Shown here piece after piece: positions 1 through 9,472 of a stretch of DNA of 63,378 nt (position 1 is its first letter; each line of letters starts with the position of its first letter). This stretch comes from Bdellovibrionota bacterium (lineage in GTDB: Bacteria > Bdellovibrionota_C > UBA2361 > OMII01). The notes below the pieces were generated by a model that was not told the origin of the DNA, did no database searches, and was given only the letters and a program-made list of their open reading frames with translations. A program made the translations under genes and the position numbers. The stretch lies in contig JBIIOE010000006.1 in assembly GCA_044337105.1 (NCBI GenBank), positions 1 through 63,378 on the forward strand, given 5' to 3'.

Positions 1-2
1 TT

Positions 3-44
3 TTTCGGGTACGTTCACGTTTACGTGCACGAGCACGTTCACGT
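3..44 (-). repeat. ACGT-hexamer-rich repeat, inverted copy of 63295-63336
   Basis: Reverse complement ACGTGAACGTGCTCGTGCACGTAAACGTGAACGTACCCGAAA matches 63295-63336 at 41/42 nt. Confidence 0.9.
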
Positions 45-248
45 GGAAAGGCGCGATTTATAGGTCAAACAAGGGCTTACGCTGTCTCCAAGCTCGCTAT
101 CACCCACTCTAAAACGCGATGAGCCTTTTAAATGATAGGCAACCGAGACACCGGTTATTCCCCCACCGATCACAAGCACATCAACACTCAAATTCGTGCT
201 GATACTCGGAAAGGCAGGGTACTCTCTCATCTGCCAAAAAGACTGCAT
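39..248 (-). pseudogene. Truncated FAD-dependent oxidoreductase (DAO-like N-terminus only)
   Basis: MQSFW...DVLVIGGGITGVSVAYHL Rossmann FAD motif. Similarity ends after about 42 aa and the stop lies in the terminal repeat. Start abuts the SDR stop (TAAATG). Confidence 0.7.
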
Positions 249-1292
249 TTACGAACGAGCTCCGGCTATCCGTGTGTCGTGTCGTGTCTCGCTGATCATA
301 GCTCGCACCAGGGAGGCCAGCGCGACGCCACCACCTACAATCATGAGACCTGATACGACAGGATGGAGCGAGGCTTGCGTATACACACTGCTTTCCATGG
401 CAGCCCTCACTTCACCTCCGCGCTCGCGAAAATCCTGGCTGGCATGCTCGAGAGTGCTCGGCGCTCCCGCGCGCGCAGGACGACCGGAGTGCTGCATACG
501 GACCGCTGTGCGTTCATAAATGTAGTCTCGCAGGCGCGGCACGTATCGACCTGCCATAGACATGAGCTTCGAAAACCCACCAACGACGATTTCGGCACGA
601 GGCACCTCTGCACAACGAAGAATTGCTCGTGCCACCACATCCGGAGAGTACATGGGTTTGGGATTGGTAGGCGCGTCCTCGAAGTAGCTCTTTGCATGTT
701 GAGGATATGGAGTATCCACACTACCAGGCTTAATCAGAGTAACCGATACCGGTACGCGAGCTACTGCGACTTCCATCCGCAGCGCATCTGTGAAGGACTT
801 CACAGCACTCTTGGTTGCCGAGTACATACCCTGCAAGGGAATCGCCGTATCGGAAGCCACGCTACCCATGTTGATAATCGCACCTCCTCGCGTACGAAGA
901 TGTCGGAGGGCTGTCAGGGATCCGTACACAACTCCCCAGAAATTGGTTTCGAACAGCTTCCTGAAATCCTCGACCGGAACCTCCTCGAGCTTGCCATAAA
1001 TACTTACGCCGGCATTGTTCACCCACGTGTCGAAGCCACCGAACTCCTCCTCTGCAACGCTGCTTATTCGCTCTACATCGCCTTCATGGCTCACGTCTGC
1101 TTCTATGTGCACAGCCTCGCCACCATGTTGACGTATCTCTTCTTGTAAGCGTGCTAAACTCTCTTCGCTTCGGCTTGCCAAAACGAGACGTGCTCCTCGG
1201 CGAGCGGCCATTCGAGCTGTAGCGAGTCCGATTCCACTCGACGCGCCCGTTATTACTATGACCTGCTCGCTAATCGGTTTTAACTTTCTCAC
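249..1292 (-). CDS. SDR family oxidoreductase with C-terminal hydrophobic segment
   Basis: TGASSGIG, NNAG and YSATK (YxxxK) motifs. Confidence 0.92.
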   Translation of the reverse strand: MRKLKPISEQVIVITGASSGIGLATARMAARRGARLVLASRSEESLARLQEEIRQHGGEAVHIEADVSHEGDVERISSVAEEEFGGFDTWVNNAGVSIYGKLEEVPVEDFRKLFETNFWGVVYGSLTALRHLRTRGGAIINMGSVASDTAIPLQGMYSATKSAVKSFTDALRMEVAVARVPVSVTLIKPGSVDTPYPQHAKSYFEDAPTNPKPMYSPDVVARAILRCAEVPRAEIVVGGFSKLMSMAGRYVPRLRDYIYERTAVRMQHSGRPARAGAPSTLEHASQDFRERGGEVRAAMESSVYTQASLHPVVSGLMIVGGGVALASLVRAMISETRHDTRIAGARS

Positions 1293-1684
1293 CTCAGTTC
1301 GCTCCTTTTCGATACCACAAATATGATTTCGGCTTGGAATACTGTGTGTCTCAGTGGATCGAAATGACTCGCCTCACATCCAACTCGCTGATCCGTAAAG
1401 AATGGTAGAGGCAGACGCAATCATTCTTGGGTCTCTCACACGATATGGAAGCGCAACCGCACTGATGCGCACCTTCCTCGATGCTACAGGAAGCCTACTT
1501 TCATCGGAGCACTTTCTTCGATCAGCATCTTACTCGCGGCTTTTCGTCCTTTTCGCTAACAGCACGAAATAGCTGCGCCTACGCAGGGAGAGATGCAAGA
1601 GAGATACAGCAAAGCCCTTCGGCCTTTTCAGTGGGCATATGCGCGTGATATGATGACATAAACGTCTACTATCGCTGGCTAATT

Positions 1685-1704
1685 ACGTGAACGTGCTCGT
1701 GCGC
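1685..1704 (+). repeat. Partial copy of the ACGT-hexamer repeat
   Basis: ACGTGAACGTGCTCGTGCGC is identical to 63295-63314. Confidence 0.75.
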
Positions 1705-1771
1705 ATGAATCTATGTTGCGCAAAACGCCGCCGACCGTTCAGCCTCGAAAGAACAATACTGCCTCCCGTAG

Positions 1772-3175
1772 CTAATATGCATTCCGGTTGCGAAACCCAT
1801 TGAACAAAGTCAGACACAATATCTTGATGTCAAGGAAGAGCGACCAGTTCTCTATGTAGTACAGATCGTACTCAATGCGCTTGTCGATTGAGGTATCTCC
1901 TCGCCATCCGTGCACCTGTGCCCATCCCGTCATGCCCGCTGGAACCTTGTGTCTCAACATGTAACGGGGTATGCGGCGGCGGAACTCCTTGATGAAGACC
2001 GGTCGTTCCGGTCGTGGGCCGACTATCGACATGTCGCCGCAAAGAACGTTAATCAGCTGCGGTAGCTCGTCTAAGCTCGTAGAGCGAAGGATCCGCCCCA
2101 GAAGCGTTACCCTTTCATCGCCGGGCTTTGTCCACCCCGGCCCACTCGCTTCAGCGTCGACCTGCATAGTGCGGAACTTGATGATCTCGAATCGCGTGCC
2201 ATCGAAGCTCACGCGCTCCTGCTTGTAAAAAACGGGACCTTTGGAGTTGAGCTTCACCAGTATAGCTATCAGAACCATGAGCGGCGAAAGCACCACCAAC
2301 AGAACAGTCGCGAGAGCGAGGTCGAGTGCACGCTTCGTAAAAAGATTGATACCATCGAGAGGACACCCCTGTAAGCTGATAACTGGCAAGCCCTCGAACT
2401 CCTCGATCGCGCCACCGATACTCGCAAACTGGTAAAGATCCGGGATAACTTTGATGTCGACTATCGAATCCTTGAGCTGCTCCATGATTTCGGGAAGCAG
2501 GTGATGATCCTCGAGCGGCAGCGTGACGAGGATCTGATCAATATCGGTGCGCTCGAGGAACTCACCGAGAGCAGAGTAACTCCCTACGATGGGCAAGCCA
2601 CCGACCCCTCGCTTTTCGTCGCCTTCCTTGGACAAGCAACCCAACAGCTGAATACCGAGCTCCTGATGCAGGCGAAGACGACTAACGATATCGGATGCGA
2701 CCTGTCCGGCACCTACAACAAGCATATACCGCAGATTGTAACCCTTACGCCGAAGCTCTCGTAGGAGAAAACGCAAAACCGAACGCTGGCACACCGTCAA
2801 AAAAGTCGCCAACGCCCAAAAGTAGACGAATACCAATCGCGAGAATTGAACGCTCTTTTCCCTGAAAAGATAGGTCAAGGAAATCAGCAGTAGAATCGAC
2901 AAGGCGTTAGCGTTCACGAGCACCCACAGTTCGCGGGTCCTTCGAACGCCTCTCATAGGCCTATAGAGCCCCATCCTTCTAAATACGAACGCCCATATCA
3001 GCCAGATGAAGACCAACATCGACGAGTAGTAGCTGAACTCAGGAACTCCCTTTTCGACAGGAATCAGATCCGTCATGAAGCGCAACCAGTACGCGATGAC
3101 CCACGCCGCCGATACAACTGTGAGATCGGCAATCATGAAGAGGTACTCGAATAATTGCCGTTTCTGTTTCAGCAT
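1772..3175 (-). CDS. wcaJ: Undecaprenyl-phosphate hexose phosphotransferase (WcaJ/WbaP family)
   Basis: N-terminal TM helices, Rossmann-like middle domain, KFRTM, SLDELPQL, VGPRPE, GMTGWAQV, DLYYIENWS. Confidence 0.9.
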   Translation of the reverse strand: MLKQKRQLFEYLFMIADLTVVSAAWVIAYWLRFMTDLIPVEKGVPEFSYYSSMLVFIWLIWAFVFRRMGLYRPMRGVRRTRELWVLVNANALSILLLISLTYLFREKSVQFSRLVFVYFWALATFLTVCQRSVLRFLLRELRRKGYNLRYMLVVGAGQVASDIVSRLRLHQELGIQLLGCLSKEGDEKRGVGGLPIVGSYSALGEFLERTDIDQILVTLPLEDHHLLPEIMEQLKDSIVDIKVIPDLYQFASIGGAIEEFEGLPVISLQGCPLDGINLFTKRALDLALATVLLVVLSPLMVLIAILVKLNSKGPVFYKQERVSFDGTRFEIIKFRTMQVDAEASGPGWTKPGDERVTLLGRILRSTSLDELPQLINVLCGDMSIVGPRPERPVFIKEFRRRIPRYMLRHKVPAGMTGWAQVHGWRGDTSIDKRIEYDLYYIENWSLFLDIKILCLTLFNGFRNRNAY

Positions 3176-4401
3176 GAGACCTCTCGCTTGGGCACCAGAC
3201 GCTCCACTCTCATCGACCCCTCGGATAAGGTTGGCCCTTGTCCCGGATAAATACCGATCCGTGTGGCAAAGTCATGCCAGGATTCGAAAAAGTTCGAATA
3301 CGAAAAACGGGCCGCTTGCCGTCGCGCTACCGTTGGATCGAACCTGTGCTCCTCACGGCAAAAAATGCGCACAGCATCCTCGAGGGCCGACGGATCTCCA
3401 TAGCCCCTCTTTGAAATGAATACACCGCACTCCTCTCTAGGTACAAGATTCGAACGTACCCAAGGCCGAAATCCTGCTACGGAATCCCGCAATCCGCCGG
3501 CATCCACACCTATGACTGGTCGCCCTGAGGCCATACACTCCACAGGCACTATCCCGAAATCTTCGATACCCGGAAAGATCAACGCCCGACACCGCTTGTA
3601 CGACTCCCACAGAAAAGCATCACTAGCATGTCCCAGGAATCGAACAGAGGGGCCGGCCTCCTTCTTCAGCTTTTCGAGCTCAGAACCACCGCCGACTATC
3701 CATAAAGGAAGATTCATCGCAGAGAATGCCCTTACTGCCACCTCAATTCTCTTGTATGGCACAAGAGCTCCAGCACAAAGGAAGAAGGGCTCCGCATATT
3801 GTCGAAAGATAGCTTCTTCGTCAGGCAAGAGAAACCACGAGGTTTCACTAGGAAGTCGCACTGGTGGCGCAATTACCTCCGCACCCCTCCCGTAAAAACG
3901 ACGTATTCGAGCCGCGACGAAAGTACTAATCGCCACGAAGTGAGTAACTCGCGAGGCGCCGCGAGTGTCCCACCTTCTGAGCAACCTCAATATCGGTTGT
4001 GCTACATAGTGAGACAAGCCACGGAAGTAGTACGGTGCTTGGTCCCAGATATACCGCATAGGTGTGAAACAATAGCAGACGTGCGGCACTCCTTTGGGAA
4101 TCTTTACATTTTTTGCTGCAGCATGGCTAAGCGAAATCACCAAGTCGTATCCCGAGAGGTTCAATGACGCCGCCGCAAGCGGATACAGAGGCAGGAAGGA
4201 GCGATAGCGTTTGGCAATACCAGGAATCTTGTCGAGGATAGAGGTCCCGCGAACTCTCGCATCTATCTGAGGTGAAGTCGTCCCAGGCAGATGCACCAGG
4301 GTGAATATGTCCGCGTGAGGGTATAGACATAGAAAAGCCTCCAGGCACCGCTCTCCACCCCTCATTCCAGTCAACCAATCATGTACGAGCGCAACTTTCA
4401 T
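3169..4401 (-). CDS. Glycosyltransferase family 4 (WbaZ-like mannosyltransferase type)
   Basis: MKVALVHDWLTGMRGGE, TPMRYIWD, EDFGIVPVE. Confidence 0.9.
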   Translation of the reverse strand: MKVALVHDWLTGMRGGERCLEAFLCLYPHADIFTLVHLPGTTSPQIDARVRGTSILDKIPGIAKRYRSFLPLYPLAAASLNLSGYDLVISLSHAAAKNVKIPKGVPHVCYCFTPMRYIWDQAPYYFRGLSHYVAQPILRLLRRWDTRGASRVTHFVAISTFVAARIRRFYGRGAEVIAPPVRLPSETSWFLLPDEEAIFRQYAEPFFLCAGALVPYKRIEVAVRAFSAMNLPLWIVGGGSELEKLKKEAGPSVRFLGHASDAFLWESYKRCRALIFPGIEDFGIVPVECMASGRPVIGVDAGGLRDSVAGFRPWVRSNLVPREECGVFISKRGYGDPSALEDAVRIFCREEHRFDPTVARRQAARFSYSNFFESWHDFATRIGIYPGQGPTLSEGSMRVERLVPKREVSC

Positions 4402-5567
4402 GCGATCCTCTTAGGCGCAAGCACCCCTTTGTATACGTCGAGGACTCTCGCGGCTGTGCGAGCACAGGAGTATACCTCCAGATGCTTGAAAGGAATGACT
4501 CGTTGACTAGCGACACCTCTGGATATGCCCTGCGCCATAGCTGCGGCTAGAGCTGGAACAGAAAAGTCTTTCGCGACCACATCAGACTCGGTGACCAATT
4601 CCTGCAATGCAGGCACCGGCCGACACACCACTGGAGTGCCGCACGCCTGCGCTTCGAGCGCTGGTAAACAGAACCCCTCCAAGAAGGAGGGCACAACTAA
4701 GGCTGTAGCTTTACGATACAACGCCGCGAGTTCGTCGCGAGAGACCGGGCCGGCGATGTGCACACCTTCGGTCCCACTAATTCGAGCAAGAAGCTCCGAA
4801 CTATTGAGAATCTCCTCTGTTCCGTATCCCGCTAGAATCAATCGGGGACAGCGCGACCCCATCTCGGACCATGTGTCGACGGCCCGGTAGGAGCGATAGG
4901 CTTCAATCAGATCCAGAAGTCCCTTGTGCGGCTTCAAAGTGGAGAAGACCGCGAGGAAGAACGGGGTCAATTCGCCGTAACGACGTCCGGCATGAGAATT
5001 GAGTGGCCCTTCTCCAAGAAAGGAGGGCACACCGTTGGGAACGCATATGACCTTGGATTCCTCGACACCACATAGGTCCAACACTGCGTGCCGAGTTTGC
5101 TGGCTAACTGCAATTACCTTGTCTGCTCGTCTCACGGCGGATCGTATGAGCGGCCGAGCAACCCATGGGTAATAGAATTTCTCCGGATGGTGGATGTGAA
5201 TTAGGTCATGAATCGTAACTACTGTTGGTATCGAGATTCCAAAAGGCAGGGTGTAGTGCGGCGCGTGAAACACGTCGAACTTCGATACGTTCAATCGCCG
5301 TCCCATGAATAACATCTCGTCGATGGAGTAAGTGCCCGCATCCTCCACGAGCCAGCGTACATCGGACGAGTAATCTACACGCTCCTGTGCTCCTGGTCGG
5401 GCTATCAGAGTCACCTCTGCACCGCCAACCTCCAGAAGACCACGAACCAGATTGTCAATGTATACCCCTATCCCACCATCTCCGAGCTTACGCCCATCGA
5501 TAACGATACGAAGCGGCACTGCCTTATCCTGGCGAGGGGCGGCTAATTCGCTACCTTGCGGTTCCAC
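4398..5567 (-). CDS. Glycosyltransferase family 4
   Basis: GGIGVY, VTIHDLI, PHKG, PSFLEGFCLPALEA (EX7E). Confidence 0.9.
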   Translation of the reverse strand: MEPQGSELAAPRQDKAVPLRIVIDGRKLGDGGIGVYIDNLVRGLLEVGGAEVTLIARPGAQERVDYSSDVRWLVEDAGTYSIDEMLFMGRRLNVSKFDVFHAPHYTLPFGISIPTVVTIHDLIHIHHPEKFYYPWVARPLIRSAVRRADKVIAVSQQTRHAVLDLCGVEESKVICVPNGVPSFLGEGPLNSHAGRRYGELTPFFLAVFSTLKPHKGLLDLIEAYRSYRAVDTWSEMGSRCPRLILAGYGTEEILNSSELLARISGTEGVHIAGPVSRDELAALYRKATALVVPSFLEGFCLPALEAQACGTPVVCRPVPALQELVTESDVVAKDFSVPALAAAMAQGISRGVASQRVIPFKHLEVYSCARTAARVLDVYKGVLAPKRIA

Positions 5568-6532
5568 TGTGAACTACTGTCCGCCTCTAAACCGGAGAAG
5601 ATCCTCCGAACCACATAAGTCTTTTTGCTTTGAGATTCATAGTAAGTTCTGGCTAAAACCTCAGCAAGGAGACCAAAGACCAAGAACTGCAATCCGATTA
5701 TCACGAGCATCACGCCCAGAGCCAACATAGGCCGGTTGCCCATTGGTGTGTGCATGAATAATCGTTGATAGGTGAGCACAGCCAATATGAGCCCGCCGAG
5801 GAGACTCGAACCGATCCCCACGAGCCCAAAAAGGTGAATCGGTCGCTTCGAATATCCCAAGAGGAATTTGACCGTTATCAGATCCAGAATTACGCGAATA
5901 GTTCGCGAAATTCCGTATTTCGATTTCCCGTACTTACGCTCGCGGTGATTAACCGGCACTTCGACGATACGAGCGCCCATCTCATTGGCAAGAGCTGGAA
6001 TGAAGCGGTGCATCTCACCGTACAGACGGAGCCCGCGCGCTATCTCTCCTGTCATGACCTTCAATGTGCACCCATAGTCGTGAAGAGCGACGTTGGTGGC
6101 TTGGCTGATGATGCGATTAGCGATCATGCTCGGAAGGCGTCGGCTCAAGAATTTATCTCTACGCGCTTTGCGCCAACCAGCTACGAGGTCGTATCCCTCT
6201 TCGAGTTTTGCAACCATTTGAGGAATCTCAGCAGGGTCGTTCTGGAGATCTCCGTCGAGCGCGACAACTATGTCGTAGCGAGTGTGATCGAAGCCGGCAG
6301 CCATGGCAGCCGTTTGGCCGAAGTTACGTCGAAGCTGAATGAGCCTGAAGTGGGGATCCTGTGCCGCGCAGTGAACAAGTCGCTCTACTGTCGCATCGCG
6401 AGAACCGTCGTCGACGTAGATCACCTCGTACGGCCGCCCCATCTTCTCCAGAACAGAGGTAATCTCGCAGAACCCCTCCGCGACATTCTCCTCTTCGTTG
6501 TACACTGGAATAACTACCGATATGCCCTGCAT
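5543..6532 (-). CDS. Glycosyltransferase family 2 (ArnC/DPM1-like polyprenol-phosphate GT)
   Basis: VVIPVYNEE, VDDGSRD, RNFGQ, DGDLQNDP, two C-terminal TM helices. Confidence 0.92.
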   Translation of the reverse strand: MQGISVVIPVYNEEENVAEGFCEITSVLEKMGRPYEVIYVDDGSRDATVERLVHCAAQDPHFRLIQLRRNFGQTAAMAAGFDHTRYDIVVALDGDLQNDPAEIPQMVAKLEEGYDLVAGWRKARRDKFLSRRLPSMIANRIISQATNVALHDYGCTLKVMTGEIARGLRLYGEMHRFIPALANEMGARIVEVPVNHRERKYGKSKYGISRTIRVILDLITVKFLLGYSKRPIHLFGLVGIGSSLLGGLILAVLTYQRLFMHTPMGNRPMLALGVMLVIIGLQFLVFGLLAEVLARTYYESQSKKTYVVRRIFSGLEADSSSQWNRKVAN

Positions 6533-6924
6533 ATCCCCTCACCGATACAAACAATGCCGGCGAAGTCTATCATAGCCTTGCAGCCAAACCCAGCGCCGCC
6601 AGCCTCGAGGCAGCTCATCTCGCCCCGAATCACACTTGCAACCACTTGAAATAACTCAAATAACAGGCAGCGAGCCGCCACAGAAAATACCTCTGAGAGA
6701 GGTAAAGCTCGCACCTAGAGCGCACGGCCACAGTGCGTCGATTGGTGTCGTATATGCCTCAATTGATTACTCATTTCGTCAAGATTCATACGCTATGAGT
6801 CAACCATGCTGGGCTCAACTCGCGCTTCAAGGGACCCTTGGGTTCTGCGTACTTTTGTCGGGCTAAGCACTTCGGCCCCCGTTACAACTGCAAACACTTC
6901 AATGGAGGGCGCCTTAGTTTCCCC

Positions 6925-7416
6925 TTATATAACGACCTCTTTGCCCAATTTCCTTCTGAGTACTGCTATCTGGCCCGAGTGCATGATTTCATGGCTCCCA
7001 ATCATCAGAAATATAGAGCCGATGGTAGGCGCGTACGAACGCATCGCTTCGGGGCCCGGAGCATCGAACTGCTCTTCCGAGAACTGAGTCAGTAAACTTC
7101 GAGTAGCCTCGCGCACTCGCATCATCAAAGCCAGGTACCCTTCCTTCGAGAGAAACTGTTCGGAAGCGTTATCATTCGCCGCCTCCTTGGAATGATGCTC
7201 GGCGAATCGAGGAGGCAACTGTGGAGCTACACCTGCGCGCACACCCTCAATCATCGTACACTCTGAATGCAAGAGATGCCCGAGCTGCCACGCTATATGG
7301 TGGGCACCTGGCACTGGACGAACGAGAAGTTCCTCGTCAGAAAGATCCCTCAAGTACGTAGTTGTAACGAAGCGAGCCGTGTCCAACATCTGAATAATTA
7401 CGTCGTGAGCTCTCAT
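6925..7416 (-). CDS. DinB/YfiT family protein
   Basis: HIAWQLGHL and HEIMHSGQI...RRKLG metal-binding His pattern. Start reassigned to ATG 7416, which has a GGAG RBS. Confidence 0.85.
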   Translation of the reverse strand: MRAHDVIIQMLDTARFVTTTYLRDLSDEELLVRPVPGAHHIAWQLGHLLHSECTMIEGVRAGVAPQLPPRFAEHHSKEAANDNASEQFLSKEGYLALMMRVREATRSLLTQFSEEQFDAPGPEAMRSYAPTIGSIFLMIGSHEIMHSGQIAVLRRKLGKEVVI

Positions 7417-7430
7417 AGATACTCCATAAA

Positions 7431-7841
7431 TCACACCAGGCGTTTCCTCTGATCCTCGCTCAAAAGAGCGCATTCCGAAACCCGTCCGAATACACGATAT
7501 CGCACGAGAGCGACACAGCCGTACACCCAATCGCGAACGAAGCGTGGCACCAACCTCAACACTTGCAGCCACGAATACGGCGCTGGCAGCGTCTTCAAGA
7601 CGAAGAGCACCGCATCGCTCCGCCTATATATTTTTGTTCCGTCATAAACCAATACAGTGCTGGCTTGGTCTCCTCGTATGTCGAACTGATCGAGCAGCTT
7701 GTGAGCAAGCTCAGAACGATTAGAGGTAAAATAGAGCGCTGCGCGCGTGTCTCTGTTCAGCACCCATACTACCCAGCGATTGCACATAGCGCATTCGCCG
7801 TCGAAAAGAACTAACGGATTGGGTATCTCTGCGAGGGTCAT
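7431..7841 (-). CDS. DCC1-like thiol-disulfide oxidoreductase (DUF393)
   Basis: LFDGECAMCN (DxxCxxC), RSDA, PRFVRDWVY...RYRVFG. Confidence 0.9.
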   Translation of the reverse strand: MTLAEIPNPLVLFDGECAMCNRWVVWVLNRDTRAALYFTSNRSELAHKLLDQFDIRGDQASTVLVYDGTKIYRRSDAVLFVLKTLPAPYSWLQVLRLVPRFVRDWVYGCVALVRYRVFGRVSECALLSEDQRKRLV

Positions 7842-7907
7842 GCGTATACGATACCGCTTATTCGATACAATCGGCTAGTCACACTTAGCGACTATCCCTG
7901 CTGGAGA

Positions 7908-9083
7908 TTACGCTGATTGTGCCGTTCTCGAAGAAATCAGAGATCTCTTCCTCTCTACTAAATCCACCAAGAGCTGCTCGTAACGCTCGACGATGGCGTC
8001 CCATGAGTACCGGTCTTGGGCTCTCTTTCGCGCACGTTCTCCATACTCAGCAGCGAGCTCTGGATTAGCCAAAAGCTCCTCAAGCCTCGCAGCTAGTGCG
8101 ACAAAATCGTTCTTTGGGAAACTCACTCCCGCATCCGCTATGACTTCGAGATTCTCTGGGGTTCCGTTCACTACGACGCAGTTCCCATAAGACATCGACT
8201 CAATCAGGGCGGGATGAGTCCCTCCAACTTCGGTAGCCTGTACGTACAGGTAACAGTTACTTTGAAGCTCCTCGTAAGCCGCGCCGAACTGAAAGCCTGT
8301 AAACACCACTTTGGCAGACGCGGCCGCACGCAAGCGTGCTTTGTACTCCGTGGCATACGGAGCATCACCTACTATGACGAGTGGCTTATCGGTGCGGAGG
8401 CGATTGTATGCTTCAATGACACCTAGAGCATTGTTCTCGGGCTCAAGACGACTGACGTAGAGAATATATTCCCCTGAACGAAGGCCGAACTGCTCCAGGA
8501 CAGCTCCCGCTGGCCTCTCAACGGGATGAACGCCGTACGGAATCACCTCCGATGCGCATCCGTAGGTGTCGCGATAATACTCAGCTATAACTTCGGCATC
8601 AGAAACGAGCCTAGTCGCGAGCACAACCGAGCAACGCTCCCCAAGCAGATACCACAACTTGCCGAACGCATTCCATTTGGCTCGATTGCGCTCGATACCA
8701 TCAACATTTATCAAAAGAGGAATTCTCTTGAGTAACAGTATAGGAGCGAGCGGGCTGTTTGCGGCGTTACACAACAGCGCAGCGTCACACCTCTGAAAGA
8801 GCATATCGATGAAAGACGAAAGCGCATGCAGGGGCGTCTCTAAGTATTTGTGAAAGATAGTAGGGGTCTCACGCCGTTGAACATTCAGATGAGGGGCTCG
8901 AGCGCCCCACCGTTCCCATATTTTACAGCGGCCATACACCGTTACCGTGTGACCGCGTTGCGCCAGACGAGTCGAGAGCTGCTCGGCAAAGGTCTCGAAA
9001 CCGCCGTACCGAGCAGGAATTCCGCGCGTCCCTAAAAGCGCTATGCGCAAAGATCTATGTGAACTCACCTGTGACTCCCGCAT
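7908..9083 (-). CDS. Glycosyltransferase family 4 with DUF1972-type N-terminus
   Basis: GTRGIPARYGGFETFAE, NVDGIE...KW, RLEPENN, GGTHPALIE. Confidence 0.9.
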   Translation of the reverse strand: MRESQVSSHRSLRIALLGTRGIPARYGGFETFAEQLSTRLAQRGHTVTVYGRCKIWERWGARAPHLNVQRRETPTIFHKYLETPLHALSSFIDMLFQRCDAALLCNAANSPLAPILLLKRIPLLINVDGIERNRAKWNAFGKLWYLLGERCSVVLATRLVSDAEVIAEYYRDTYGCASEVIPYGVHPVERPAGAVLEQFGLRSGEYILYVSRLEPENNALGVIEAYNRLRTDKPLVIVGDAPYATEYKARLRAAASAKVVFTGFQFGAAYEELQSNCYLYVQATEVGGTHPALIESMSYGNCVVVNGTPENLEVIADAGVSFPKNDFVALAARLEELLANPELAAEYGERARKRAQDRYSWDAIVERYEQLLVDLVERKRSLISSRTAQSA

Positions 9084-9167
9084 GATGACCAGGAAAGATT
9101 TGATAGAGGGTGTTTTTGTTACGCGCTCTTAGTACACCGTGACGCAGGGAAACGAAACCCTTCAGCT

Positions 9168-9357
9168 CTAGGGAAGCGGGGCAAACCCCCTCCCTGCTGC
9201 AAAAGCGGATCTTGGGTTGCTCTTCAATTTTCGCGACATGGAAAAATCCTCAGTGGATCGCAGAGGATACACCTGCGGTTTTTCCACATCGCGAAAATCA
9301 AATATCAACCCAACCTCCACTTTCTCGCTACGGGTAGGTTTCGCCTCGATTCCCCAG
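9168..9357 (+). mobile_element. Full-length 190-bp palindromic MITE-like element (CTAG-ended family)
   Basis: Imperfect terminal inverted repeats CTAGGGAAGCGGGGCAAACC / GGTTTCGCCTCGATTCCCCAG. Nested stems TTGGGTTG/CAACCCAA and TTTTCGCGA/TCGCGAAAA. Near-identical inverted copy at 38803-38961. Confidence 0.8.
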
Positions 9358-9472
9358 GAAGCGAGGCTTGGTCCAAACGGTCACGAAATTGCCCCTTTTC
9401 GAAAACACCTCCTAACAGATACACTCTAGATACAGACCTACCTCAAAGCCGTAGTGGATTCGGAAGTTCTCC

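Noticed and set aside
363-1148. 261-aa plus-strand ORF
   Set aside because: Antisense shadow of the SDR gene, with no motifs.
5765-6649. 294-aa plus-strand ORF
   Set aside because: Antisense to the well-supported GT2 gene, with no recognisable domain.
9217-9429. Short ORFs reading through MITE copies (also 38739-38963)
   Set aside because: Translations derive from the repeat and have no independent coding evidence.
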